Source of the DNA: an uncultured Gammaproteobacteria bacterium
Lineage (GTDB): Bacteria > Patescibacteriota > Patescibacteriia > UBA9934 > GWF2-40-263
Direction of reading: 5' to 3'
Assembly: GCA_964402425.1 (NCBI GenBank)
Contig: CAYOCD010000001.1
Coordinates: 4,349 to 68,348 of the forward strand
Length of the DNA stretch: 64,000 bases
Shown piece by piece: positions 1-8,408 of the stretch. Every line of letters begins with the position of its first letter. Position 1 is the stretch's first letter. The notes under the pieces are model-generated. The model was given only the letters and a program-made list of their open reading frames with translations, was not told where the DNA came from and searched no databases. Position numbers and translations under genes: made by a program.

Positions 1-1621
1 CTTCAACTGGACCAAATCCCGCAAAGGAACCGACTGTATTATTGAGTGCGTATCCGCCATTTGCACTTGCAACCTGAGCCGTTCCTGTTTTTCCCGCAAT
101 GTAGTACCCAGAAACACCCGCACGCTTTCCATGACCATGTTCCACAACAGACACAAGCATCGCCCCGATTGTTCGCGCCGTTTTTGGACTCACGACTTGT
201 GTAATATCTTGTGGTGTTCGTTTTTCAATCGTACCGTCCGGATAACGAATCTCATCAATGATCATTGGTTTTTTAAGGACCCCTCCATTTGCAAGGGCAG
301 CATACGCCATAACCACCTGAAGCGGTGTCACGGAAATTCCCTGTCCAAAAGACGCTGTCGCACGATAAATTTCTGATTTCTTTTCCATGGAACTAATGTC
401 ACCAGCAGATTCTGTATCAAGTTCCACACCTGTCTTTTTTCCAAATCCAAACTTTTTCACCGCATCTGTAAAAACATCTCCTCCCATTTTTCGCATAGAA
501 AAAATCATTCCCGTGTTAATCGATTCTTCCAAAACGGTTGTCATGTCCACTAAGCCGTATTTTTTATTCTCAGCGTTTTTAATAGGTCTTGGCCACCCTT
601 CTACCATAGATTCTCCGGTGTCCTCAAACAATGTTGTTGCCGCAACCGCCCCAACATCAATGGCTGCTGCCATGGTCAGTGGTTTAAAAATCGATCCAGG
701 CTCATACGAACCAAAAATAGTTGGATTATTGTAGACCATTGAATTTTCAACTTTATTAAATTGATTTGGATCAAAATCCGGCGCAGCACACATGGCAAGA
801 ATACGTCCCGTATCCGGATCCACAACCACAATACTTCCGGAATCGGCTCCATGTTTTTTTACCGCTGCTGCCACAAGCGAGCAAGCTTTAAACTGAATCA
901 CACGATCAAGTGTCAAAACAAGATCTGATCCGTTTTGTGCTGGTGTAAGCGAGTGATCCGCAATCGCAATGATGTTTCCCGCAATATCTCTGTCCGATTT
1001 CAAAAATCCTTGTGTTCCCGCAAGGTCTTTCTGAAAATACCCTTCAATCCCATAACGTCCTTTTTGTTGACCTTCCGCATCTGAACCAAGAAATCCCAAG
1101 ATCTGTCCTCCGAGATTTTTTTCCGGGTACAATCGTACGGATTCCATGATAAAAAATATCCCAGGAAGTTTTAACGCAACGATTTTATCTAATGTCTCTT
1201 TTGCAATTCCCCGTTGAATCGGTTCATACGGATCTTTTGTGTCACTAAATTTTGTTTCAAGTTTTGCCTTGCGTTCATCATCAAACATCAAAATCTTTGC
1301 CAGTGCTTCTACGGTTTCTTTTGGGTCTTTGATGTATCGAGGGTCCGCATACAAAAACGCGAGTTGTTGATTTGTGATAACAGGAATCAATTGTTCTTGA
1401 TCGCGCATAAACACACGCCCACGTTCCGGATACAACTTTTTAAAAATCTCATGCTGACCACTTGCAAGCGCGGAATAATTTCCATGCTGGACGATTTGAA
1501 TCAAAAAAAGCTTGAGGACAATGACTGTGGCAAACAACAAAAAAACAGAACGCAACGCATCCATGCGCCAATCGCGTTTTGTTCCTGTCTGTTGTTGCCA
1601 TTGTTTTTTACGTCGTTCCAT
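1..1621 (-). CDS. ftsI: Class B penicillin-binding protein transpeptidase (FtsI-like). The C-terminus lies beyond the window start.
   Basis: Manual reverse-complement translation gives an N-terminal membrane anchor MERRKKQWQQQTGTKRDWRMDALRSVFLLFATVIVLKLFLIQIV starting at the ATG at 1621. Near position 1-150 it reads VEHGHGKRAGVSGYYIAGKTGTAQV, which contains the PBP KTG motif. It is absent from the ORF track because it runs off the window edge. The plus-strand ORFs 131-734 and 1214-1726 are antisense to it. Confidence 0.75.
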   Translation of the reverse strand, partial: MERRKKQWQQQTGTKRDWRMDALRSVFLLFATVIVLKLFLIQIVQHGNYSALASGQHEIFKKLYPERGRVFMRDQEQLIPVITNQQLAFLYADPRYIKDPKETVEALAKILMFDDERKAKLETKFSDTKDPYEPIQRGIAKETLDKIVALKLPGIFFIMESVRLYPEKNLGGQILGFLGSDAEGQQKGRYGIEGYFQKDLAGTQGFLKSDRDIAGNIIAIADHSLTPAQNGSDLVLTLDRVIQFKACSLVAAAVKKHGADSGSIVVVDPDTGRILAMCAAPDFDPNQFNKVENSMVYNNPTIFGSYEPGSIFKPLTMAAAIDVGAVAATTLFEDTGESMVEGWPRPIKNAENKKYGLVDMTTVLEESINTGMIFSMRKMGGDVFTDAVKKFGFGKKTGVELDTESAGDISSMEKKSEIYRATASFGQGISVTPLQVVMAYAALANGGVLKKPMIIDEIRYPDGTIEKRTPQDITQVVSPKTARTIGAMLVSVVEHGHGKRAGVSGYYIAGKTGTAQVASANGGYALNNTVGSFAGFGPVE

Positions 1622-1765
1622 ACTTATGTATCTAATCCAGACAACAATCTTTTTCCTCTTAGGCGCATATTTTTTGAACATTCTTCCATCACTCACCCCA
1701 AAAAAAAAGAAGAGATTCGTGCATGACAGAAAGGCTGAAAGGTCGGAAAGGTTTGAAAAGAAATA

Positions 1766-1795
1766 AAAATACAAACGTTTTGACGTTTGTATTTT
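1766..1795 (-). terminator. Rho-independent terminator hairpin after the 146-aa gene
   Basis: Inverted repeat AAAATACAAACG/CGTTTGTATTTT with a 6-nt loop. On the minus-strand transcript it is followed by a U-run (revcomp of GAAATAAAAA). Confidence 0.5.
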
Positions 1796-1819
1796 ACAGC
1801 ATTTTTTCTTCGTCTCCAA

Positions 1820-1870
1820 CATTTCCGCCCTTTCATCCTTTTCAGACCTTTCCGCCCCTTCCCCTAAATC
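1820..1870. repeat. Dispersed pyrimidine-rich repeat, copy a (intergenic, straddles the stop codon of the 1864-2304 gene)
   Basis: ATTTCCGCCCTTTC...CCTTTCCGCCCCTTCCCCTAAATC matches the core shared by five other loci. Confidence 0.6.
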
Positions 1871-2304
1871 TCCGAAAGATCGTCTTCTGAAACAGTTCTG
1901 CCAAAGTAAGAGACCGCATCCCCCGTGTTTTCATTCGTAATGACACGAAGGGTTTCACCGTCTTTTGATTGATAGTCAGAAAATCCATTACGATCTTCTT
2001 CTTCCAAAAAGGCGTCGCCATCAACTTGCTTCACGACCCCAGCATCTTCATAACTAAATTCGTATTCTTTGTTTTGAAACAAGATCACTTCTGATGGCTC
2101 GATCTCTTCTGTGATTTGGTGAAAGAGAACAATTTCATCTTCCTTTGGCGCAACAGACAACATGTTGTCTTCATCGTCATACAACCAGAACATGGTTGTC
2201 CCATCATCAAGCGTAATTTCCGCTTGTCCAATTTTTGTGAATGGCTCGTTGGCAACACTCACGCTCTCACCTAATTCCATGGCCAAAAGATCGCTGATTT
2301 TCAT
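1864..2304 (-). CDS. Hypothetical acidic protein (146 aa)
   Basis: ORF-track ORF, strongly Asp/Glu-rich, with no recognisable motif. Its stop codon TAG sits inside a copy of the dispersed CCTTTCCGCC repeat. Confidence 0.45.
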   Translation of the reverse strand: MKISDLLAMELGESVSVANEPFTKIGQAEITLDDGTTMFWLYDDEDNMLSVAPKEDEIVLFHQITEEIEPSEVILFQNKEYEFSYEDAGVVKQVDGDAFLEEEDRNGFSDYQSKDGETLRVITNENTGDAVSYFGRTVSEDDLSEI

Positions 2305-2427
2305 ATTGATTTTACGTTGGAGCAGTTCCTCCTTATTTTTTTACTTCTTTGGCGATTATACTCGATAACGAAATTCTGTCTACACGCAGAAAACACCCAT
2401 TTTACGGGCACTTTCTGCGCCCAACTC

Positions 2428-2456
2428 TTGACAAAACCCCATTTTTATGATATATT
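2428..2456 (+). promoter_or_regulatory. Near-consensus sigma70 promoter driving the high-GC gene
   Basis: TTGACA at 2428-2433, a 17-nt spacer ending in TGA (extended -10 TG), then TATATT at 2451-2456. A 155-nt structured leader follows, then the RBS AGGAG at 2607-2611 and ATG at 2618. Confidence 0.6.
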
Positions 2457-2617
2457 GTGTTGTCGATGATGCAATGCGCCCACATCGTTGCTGACGAATC
2501 TTCGTCATAAGCGATGTGGTCGAATCCTAGTCTGGATGAAACCCGAACCGTGTGCAAAGCGCAAAAGCGATGCACTAACTTGGACGCGAAACCGCGTTCT
2601 TTCAACAGGAGTTCTAG

Positions 2618-3238
2618 ATGAGCCTCAGCACCAATCCGATCATGGAACGTCTTCTCTCGAACCTCTCGACGGTGGACCGCGACTCCACGAACAATGGCAT
2701 GCGAAAGCGCGTGCTCACGATCGTGGACGTCCAGGCTAGCATCTCGACGAAGGACGTCGAGTTCAAGGCAGATAAGACTCCCGACGGCACCGACTACCTC
2801 TACGCCAACATCAAGGGCGTGGACGTACACCTGCGCGACGGCCTCATGCCGATCGGCGACACGGTCACCGGCCGGATCGAAATCAAGATCCGCACCTGGG
2901 AAAAGGCGGATGGCACTGGCTACCGCAATTACCAGTTCTACCTCAACTGCTTCCCGGCGACCAAATCGCCGACCTGCCAGATCGTGTTCCACGACCCCGA
3001 AGAAACCCGATGGGCGCGGGACATCGACGGACACAACGGCGTCTTCGCCCACGTGTCCTCGGACCGCAAGCGGAACCATCACCTCGAGGTCTGCGGCTTC
3101 AACGTCGAGACCGACGCCGCGAACCGCCGCCCGCGCCGCCCCGTCTTGACCGGAACTCCGCGAGAGATGGAGGTCTATGAACGGTGCGGTACCGAAAATC
3201 TCCTCAACGAACTGGACAAGCGCTACAATCAGCTGTAA
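2618..3238 (+). CDS. Hypothetical protein (206 aa) encoded by a high-GC island, a probable horizontally acquired gene
   Basis: GC is about 60% with strong GC3 codon bias, against about 42-45% in the flanks. The RBS AGGAG sits 6 nt upstream of the ATG. The overlapping ORFs 2402-3340(-) and 2694-3149(+) are stop-poor artefacts of the high GC. No family was recognised; its fold is unknown. Confidence 0.65.
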   Translation: MSLSTNPIMERLLSNLSTVDRDSTNNGMRKRVLTIVDVQASISTKDVEFKADKTPDGTDYLYANIKGVDVHLRDGLMPIGDTVTGRIEIKIRTWEKADGTGYRNYQFYLNCFPATKSPTCQIVFHDPEETRWARDIDGHNGVFAHVSSDRKRNHHLEVCGFNVETDAANRRPRRPVLTGTPREMEVYERCGTENLLNELDKRYNQL

Positions 3239-3315
3239 GCCACCCACTTGCCCTGAGCAAGAAGAAAACCTCGAGCGTAGCTCGACGTCACTTTCTTCAC
3301 AGCTCGGGGTTTTCT

Positions 3316-3440
3316 TTTTGAAAAAAGGCCTGAGAGGCAAGAGAAGCTCGAGATGCTAGAGAGGTTTTCAGACATGATTCACAAAAATTTTTAATTCGGC
3401 TTCTCAAGCCTCTCTTGCCTCTCCAGCATCTCAAACCTTT
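3316..3440. repeat. Long imperfect inverted repeat downstream of the high-GC gene
   Basis: GGCCTGAGAGGCAAGAGAAGCTCGAGATGCTAGAGAGG and, about 40 nt later, GGCTTCTCAAGCCTCTCTTGCCTCTCCAGCATCTC share the complementary blocks CTCTTGCCTCTC and AGCATCTC. Confidence 0.45.
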
Positions 3441-3458
3441 CTGCTATACTACCCTCAT

Positions 3459-5006
3459 ATGCAATTAAAATCCGCATGGATTGGTTACGATTTTCCGTTC
3501 GACACCGTTGAAGCACATCCGCAAATTGTGGAGTGGAGAAAAAATGGATTAGAAAAGCGAGTCAAAATGCCGGAGCATCATATGACGCTCGGGTATTTTG
3601 ATTCTGTTGATTCTGAGAAGCTTGTCGAAGCACTCAAAAAACTTAGCGCTCCCCTTTCACAAACAACTGTTGTGTTTGATGGGTTTGGCGTAATCGATGG
3701 CTATACCTATCTCACTCCAACCCTTGTGGAAGGCGATTCTTCGCGCATGATCCGTAGAGAACTTCTTGCTTCAGAACTTCTCGCCCCAGAAAACGATAAG
3801 GACTTTCACGTATCGATTGGCGGAGCAGACCCGTTCACAAGCAGCAAACCAAAAGAAACAGATCTTGTTCCAACATTATCCATTGATGGACAACTTGTTC
3901 TTGTTGGCAAAAATGGAGAAAAATTTGTGAAACTTTTTTGGGATGATGCAAAGCAGAACTTCGTTGATCCAACCGCAAAACAAACACACACACCCATTCC
4001 AGTTGAAGCGATTGTCATCTTTCCAAAAATCCAAGCAGACACCTGTGTCGCGCTTTATCTTCTTGCCCGATTCGGTAAAGAAGCGTTTCCAGGCATTGAT
4101 GTTGCTCCGGTTCTCTTTTGGTCATCTCTTCCGGAAGGAAAAAATCCAGATCAACTTCTTTCGGAAGAACATGTACTAACAATTGACCTTGGTGGCGGAT
4201 TGTTTGATCACCACATCGCAAATGCAACTTCTGGAAGACGTGAAAATTGCGCGTCAACACTGATTGCAACATACCTTGAAATCGATCAAAATCCCGCACT
4301 CAAAAAAGTCCTTGCCTGGGCAAAACGCGATGATCTTGAAGGAAAAGGTACGATCAGCGACGATCCGCTTGATCGCGCGTTTGGTCTCTCTGGACTCATG
4401 ATGAATTTAAATCGTGCCTTTCCGAACGATCCAAAGCGCACGCTCGACTATATTCTTCCACTCATTCACTTCCATGTTTTGGAAGAACAAAAACGATCTG
4501 AAGAACTTCCACGTGAATGGGAACAACTCCTTGCAAACGGAAGTGCAAAACAATTTGATCTAAAACAAGGAAGTGCAGATTTAAAATGTGCCTATCTAGA
4601 AACGGATAATATTGCCCTTGCAGGTTTTCTCCGTGCTGCAAAGCGCATGGACTTGATTATCCAACGTCGCGCATCAAGTAACCACACAAACATCATTACA
4701 CGACAATTACGCAGTATTGATCTACGTCCAACAATTGAGGTGCTTCGTAAAGAAGAAGCAAAACGTAAAACACCACCCGTCCCCTTTGATCGCGTTGTGT
4801 TTCAAACAGCTGGTCGTGTTGAAGGAATTGATGAATGGTTTTATGACGATGCGGCAAACACCATTCAAAACGGTGGTGTAAACCCAGGCACAACTCAAGC
4901 AACACACATGAGTGGAGAGGAAATTCTTGATATTGTGAAACGTACGATCCCATTTGGAATCATTGGAGCATTGAAACGAAAGAAAAGTATTGAACTCGGA
5001 AAATAA
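3459..5006 (+). CDS. 2H-phosphoesterase (LigT / 2',3'-cyclic phosphodiesterase-like) N-terminal domain fused to a large uncharacterised C-terminal domain (515 aa)
   Basis: The two H-x-[TS]-x motifs of the 2H superfamily are present: HHMTLGY and FHVSIGG, spaced about 65 aa apart. The C-terminal roughly 370 aa contain a GGGLFDHH segment but no family I can assign. Confidence 0.55.
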   Translation: MQLKSAWIGYDFPFDTVEAHPQIVEWRKNGLEKRVKMPEHHMTLGYFDSVDSEKLVEALKKLSAPLSQTTVVFDGFGVIDGYTYLTPTLVEGDSSRMIRRELLASELLAPENDKDFHVSIGGADPFTSSKPKETDLVPTLSIDGQLVLVGKNGEKFVKLFWDDAKQNFVDPTAKQTHTPIPVEAIVIFPKIQADTCVALYLLARFGKEAFPGIDVAPVLFWSSLPEGKNPDQLLSEEHVLTIDLGGGLFDHHIANATSGRRENCASTLIATYLEIDQNPALKKVLAWAKRDDLEGKGTISDDPLDRAFGLSGLMMNLNRAFPNDPKRTLDYILPLIHFHVLEEQKRSEELPREWEQLLANGSAKQFDLKQGSADLKCAYLETDNIALAGFLRAAKRMDLIIQRRASSNHTNIITRQLRSIDLRPTIEVLRKEEAKRKTPPVPFDRVVFQTAGRVEGIDEWFYDDAANTIQNGGVNPGTTQATHMSGEEILDIVKRTIPFGIIGALKRKKSIELGK

Positions 5007-5009
5007 AAG

Positions 5010-5041
5010 AAAAAACCAAACGTTATGCGTTTGGTTTTTTT
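5010..5041. terminator. Bidirectional terminator between convergent genes
   Basis: AAAAAACCAAACG-TTATG-CGTTTGGTTTTTT hairpin with A/T runs on both sides. It overlaps the stop of the minus-strand methyltransferase gene. Confidence 0.6.
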
Positions 5042-5568
5042 GTGAACAAATATATCTTCTGACTCCCCTCCGCCTCATCCACAACATCCGGTGTCCATCC
5101 AGGAATCGGCCATACATATGTAATGACGCGTGCACCAGGCTTTAATTCTTTCTCAAGCTTTGGACGAATCTTCTCATACGTCTCTGGCATAAGAAACATG
5201 TACACCACGTCCACGTTTGAAAGATCTGCATGAAACGCATTACCGAGTTTTATTTGGATATTTGTAAGACCCGCGAATGTTGATTGAAACCACGCGATCA
5301 CAACTTGCGCAATCGAAAGCTCAACACCAATCACATGTGCATCTTTCGATCTTGCCGCAACCGCACGACACACGCGCCCGTTTCCACATCCGAGTTCTAT
5401 AAATACCTCACCGGATTTGAGATTCGCAAGCTTTACGATCCGCTCGAAATCTTTTTTCCACGTTGGAACCCAAGGCGCACCCGCGTTTGCGGCGTAGGCG
5501 AATGAAATAAGAAGAATCAGAAAGAGGGCGTAGAGGATCCACATAATGACGTCATGGTAACATTTCAA
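5023..5568 (-). CDS. Membrane-anchored class I SAM-dependent methyltransferase (181 aa)
   Basis: N-terminal TM helix, then the SAM-binding motif FIELGCGNGRV and VIGVELS. It is a paralog of the 38274-38822 gene. Confidence 0.55.
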   Translation of the reverse strand: MKCYHDVIMWILYALFLILLISFAYAANAGAPWVPTWKKDFERIVKLANLKSGEVFIELGCGNGRVCRAVAARSKDAHVIGVELSIAQVVIAWFQSTFAGLTNIQIKLGNAFHADLSNVDVVYMFLMPETYEKIRPKLEKELKPGARVITYVWPIPGWTPDVVDEAEGSQKIYLFTKKPNA

Positions 5569-5634
5569 TACGGAAAAATACAGAAATAATATTCATTTCA
5601 CTTTTTTCGCATCCTTTGATATCCTTCCTTCGTT

Positions 5635-6366
5635 ATGAAACCAATTCTCCTCCTCCAAATACGCCCAGAAGACGCTGCATCAAACGGTGAATATGAGGCC
5701 CTTTTAAAATTCGGAGAGCTCTCAGCTCAAGATATCCATCGCGTACGTGTTGAACAGACAGGTGTCCCAGAAGTCACGTTTGAAAATTACTCAGCAATTA
5801 TTGTTGGTGGTGGCCCATGGAACCCAGGAGATCCAGAGGAAAAAAAATCGGATGTTCAAAAGCGTGCAGAAGCGGCATTTGCCCCACTTATGCAGAAAGT
5901 GGCCAAACAAGATTTTCCTTGTTTAGCTATTTGCTACGGACTTGAAATTCTCACAAAAAGTCTTGATGTCGCTATTACACACGACTTCCGTGAAAAACCA
6001 GGAGCTGTTGATCTCATGATCACAAAAGAAGGTACTCAGGACCCGCTTCTCACAGGACTCCCTCAATCATTCCGTGGATTTGTTGGACACAAAGAAGCAG
6101 CGGCACATGTTCCAGAAGGCGGAACTTTGCTTGTTTCCTCAAAAGATTGTCCTCCACACATGTTCCGTTTAGGACAAAATGTCTACGCGGTTCAATTCCA
6201 TCCAGAACTTGATGTCGAAGGAATGTGTGCTCGCACAGATATTTACAAACATGCTGGCTATTTTCCCCCAGAACAAGCCGAAGAAATTAAAACAATGGTA
6301 CGGCGCGAAAACATCACTATTCCAATGGAAATTTTGAAACGTTTTATCAAGCGATACCACGCATAA
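5635..6366 (+). CDS. Class I glutamine amidotransferase-like protein
   Basis: GATase1 signature with a catalytic Cys in CLAICYGLEIL and a His in VQFHPEL. Confidence 0.6.
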   Translation: MKPILLLQIRPEDAASNGEYEALLKFGELSAQDIHRVRVEQTGVPEVTFENYSAIIVGGGPWNPGDPEEKKSDVQKRAEAAFAPLMQKVAKQDFPCLAICYGLEILTKSLDVAITHDFREKPGAVDLMITKEGTQDPLLTGLPQSFRGFVGHKEAAAHVPEGGTLLVSSKDCPPHMFRLGQNVYAVQFHPELDVEGMCARTDIYKHAGYFPPEQAEEIKTMVRRENITIPMEILKRFIKRYHA

Positions 6367-6372
6367 AAAAAG

Positions 6373-6405
6373 AAAACTCGGCAATGGCCGGGTTTTCTTT
6401 TTTGA
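6373..6405. terminator. Terminator hairpin shared by convergent genes
   Basis: AAAACTCGGC-AATG-GCCGGGTTTT followed by TTTTCTTTTTTG. Confidence 0.55.
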
Positions 6406-6411
6406 TATTTT

Positions 6412-7392
6412 TTAAAAATCCAAACCCTCTCGTGCCTTTACCCCTGAATAAAAATAATGTTTCCTCAATCCAACTTCACTGATCAAATGTGCACGATCAC
6501 GAAAAACATCCGGAACATTTCGACCTGTAAGCACAAGTTCTGTATTTGTTGGTTTCTTCTCAAGCAACTCAAGAACACGTTCGACAGACACCATGCCAAG
6601 ATCCATTGTTGAGTTGATCTCATCCATGACAACAAGGTCACATCCCGCATCGAACATGCGTTCAACTTCAAGAAGTCCTCGTGTAGCTTCATCTCGATCA
6701 ATGTCTTGAATCGAAAAATCAAATCGTCCAGTAACCGGATCAATCCGATCGCGACCAGTCGCAACAAGATCCACTCCCAATTTTCGAAGAACATCGCGTT
6801 CAAAATAGTGCGATTCCCCTCCTTTGTCGAAATATACGACTCCAACTTTTTTTCCCGCACCAACCGCGCGAACCATGAGTCCTGTTGCGGACGTTGTTTT
6901 TCCTTTTCCGTTTCCGGTAATCACTTGAATCAACCCAAATCCTTGATGACCAATCAGATCGCGATCATTTGCAACAACAATCCCTTCGCTTGTGCGATAT
7001 GCATCAAGAGCGCGTCGAAGCGATTCGAACATGGGAACGGTAGTTTCTTGTCGTGGATCGATCCAAACGTATTCCGTATGTTCTTCAGAAAGCTGAATCG
7101 ATACTTCTCCAATCGGAATCACATAAAAAATACCAACAACAGCATCTTGCTCACCACCCTCAAATCTCCAATGGTCTGTATGAAATGGTCGTGCCTTTCT
7201 CGGATCAATCTCGATCCCCAACTCTTCACGCAATTCTCGTTGCAATCCTTCAAGAAGAGACTCCCCTGCATTCATGCGCCCGCCAGGCGGTTCATAACAT
7301 GCATCCGCTCGCTTACCCGTATGACGCACAAACAAAATCTTTCCTTGTGGGTTGATGAGAAACGCTTTATTTGAAACAAATTTCTTTTCCAT
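6412..7392 (-). CDS. Fusion protein: N-terminal NUDIX hydrolase domain plus C-terminal cob(I)alamin adenosyltransferase (CobA/BtuR family)
   Basis: NUDIX box GGRMNAGESLLEGLQRELREELGIEI near the N-terminus. The CobA P-loop VITGNGKGKTTSATGLMVRAVGAGKKVGVVYFDKGG is in the C-terminal half. Confidence 0.7.
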   Translation of the reverse strand: MEKKFVSNKAFLINPQGKILFVRHTGKRADACYEPPGGRMNAGESLLEGLQRELREELGIEIDPRKARPFHTDHWRFEGGEQDAVVGIFYVIPIGEVSIQLSEEHTEYVWIDPRQETTVPMFESLRRALDAYRTSEGIVVANDRDLIGHQGFGLIQVITGNGKGKTTSATGLMVRAVGAGKKVGVVYFDKGGESHYFERDVLRKLGVDLVATGRDRIDPVTGRFDFSIQDIDRDEATRGLLEVERMFDAGCDLVVMDEINSTMDLGMVSVERVLELLEKKPTNTELVLTGRNVPDVFRDRAHLISEVGLRKHYFYSGVKAREGLDF

Positions 7393-7436
7393 AGAGAACT
7401 ATCCACCCAATAAAAACGAATTAAACAAAAAAGATG

Positions 7437-7931
7437 TCACAAGCGTGACACCCCATCAACTTCTGATAAATATGCAGCGATTTCTTTTGGAACGAGCGAT
7501 TGCCAATCACTGCCTGTTTTCATTTTTTCACGGATCATCGTTCCGGAAATACCAGGGACTTCTTTAATGGGTTTCACCGGAATCACACCCTCAAAACATT
7601 TTGCTGTCCATGCATTCCCTGTCCATACAACATCAACAGGACCTGTTTGTTCTAACACCTTTTGACGCCACGCTGTATCATCTGTTTCATCTGGAAGCTC
7701 AACGAAATTAATGTCAAACAACGGGATTAAATCTTTTCCTTGAAGAGCACGTTGAAGCATCTCTTTACGCTCTTGAACCGTAAATGGATCATCTGACGTA
7801 TGATGCTTCTGTGAACTCCCAATTCCAATCCAAATTTTGCCACATAATTTAGTCATCCCTTCTATGACAAGCATGTGTCCATTGTGAAGCGGCTGAAAAC
7901 GACCAATAAAGAGTCCGGTTGGTTTTGGCAT
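7437..7931 (-). CDS. Nicotinamide-nucleotide adenylyltransferase (archaeal-type NMNAT, cytidylyltransferase fold)
   Basis: The (H/T)xGH motif appears in GLFIGRFQPLHNGHMLVIE, and the length is 164 aa. Confidence 0.7.
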   Translation of the reverse strand: MPKPTGLFIGRFQPLHNGHMLVIEGMTKLCGKIWIGIGSSQKHHTSDDPFTVQERKEMLQRALQGKDLIPLFDINFVELPDETDDTAWRQKVLEQTGPVDVVWTGNAWTAKCFEGVIPVKPIKEVPGISGTMIREKMKTGSDWQSLVPKEIAAYLSEVDGVSRL

Positions 7932-8026
7932 AGATAGAATAGGAAGAGAAGATATGCAAAAAGTATATCGGAATTAAATGGATTCATCAATCCTCCCTAC
8001 GAACGATAAAATGGGGGGTGAGAAAC

Positions 8027-8194
8027 AAAGGATATTGGGTTCACTCTTAAAAGGACTGTGTAAACTACATGCTTTCTCCGTTCACCCAAAATCCCTGCAA
8101 CAAATCGATCACAATACGTCACATCAGGGATATTGGGTTCACTCTCGAAAGTCTACGGCCATTCAAGACTTTCTCCGTTCACCCAAAATCCCTG
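8027..8194. repeat. Two tandem copies of a roughly 70-nt hairpin-forming intergenic element
   Basis: Copy 1 is 8027-8097 and copy 2 is 8125-8194. Each is GGGATATTGGGTTCACTCT-(~30 nt)-CTTTCTCCGTTCACCCAAAATCCCTG. The 18-nt ends are imperfectly complementary (15/18). Confidence 0.55.
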
Positions 8195-8257
8195 TCCGAC
8201 AAATTATTCTAGCGGATGATCAGGAATAATTTGTACCCCAGCTTCGCTGGGGTGGAA

Positions 8258-8300
8258 CCAAAGAAAAAGACTCACGATAAACGTGAGTCTTTTTCTTTGG
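8258..8300 (-). terminator. Terminator hairpin immediately 3' of tRNA-Gln
   Basis: Perfect inverted repeat CCAAAGAAAAAGACTCACG-ATAAA-CGTGAGTCTTTTTCTTTGG. A U-run follows on the minus transcript. Confidence 0.6.
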
Positions 8301-8371
8301 TTCCCGGACAGGGATTCGAACCCCGATACTCAGGACCAGAACCTGATGTCCTGCCGTTAGACGATCCGGGA
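8298..8371 (-). tRNA. tRNA-Gln (anticodon CUG)
   Basis: Manual fold of the revcomp TCCCGGATCGTCTAACGGCAGGACATCAGGTTCTGGTCCTGAGTATCGGGGTTCGAATCCCTGTCCGGGAACCA. It has a 7-bp acceptor stem with a U1-A72 pair typical of bacterial tRNA-Gln, the anticodon loop UUCUGGU, the T-loop TTCGAAT and an encoded CCA. Confidence 0.8.
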
Positions 8372-8408
8372 GTGAAGAGAGTGGAATGACCACAAACCGA
8401 AGGTTTGT

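Noticed and set aside
131-1726. Plus-strand ORFs 131-376, 387-734, 1214-1726 and 1512-1766
   Set aside because: They are antisense to the clearly recognisable ftsI transpeptidase (KTG motif, TM anchor). Their compositions are odd (Cys/His/Arg-rich).
2402-3340. 312-aa minus-strand ORF and 151-aa plus-strand ORF (2694-3149) overlapping the high-GC gene
   Set aside because: Their products are Ala/Arg/Gly/Pro-rich low-complexity translations typical of out-of-frame or antisense reading of high-GC DNA. The 2618-3238 plus frame has the promoter, RBS and coherent GC3 bias.
7932-8000. Possible 44-codon upstream ORF with a strong SD (AGGGAGG) overlapping the NMNAT start in another frame
   Set aside because: The strong SD is unusual here, but the peptide is hydrophobic low-complexity and out of frame with NMNAT. 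Without conservation data it cannot be called a leader peptide.
7978-8229. 83-aa plus-strand ORF and the question of a CRISPR array at the tandem repeats
   Set aside because: The ORF spans the two tandem 70-nt structured repeats. There are only two repeat units, the units are internally palindromic with variable loops rather than repeat-spacer-repeat, and no cas genes are present.
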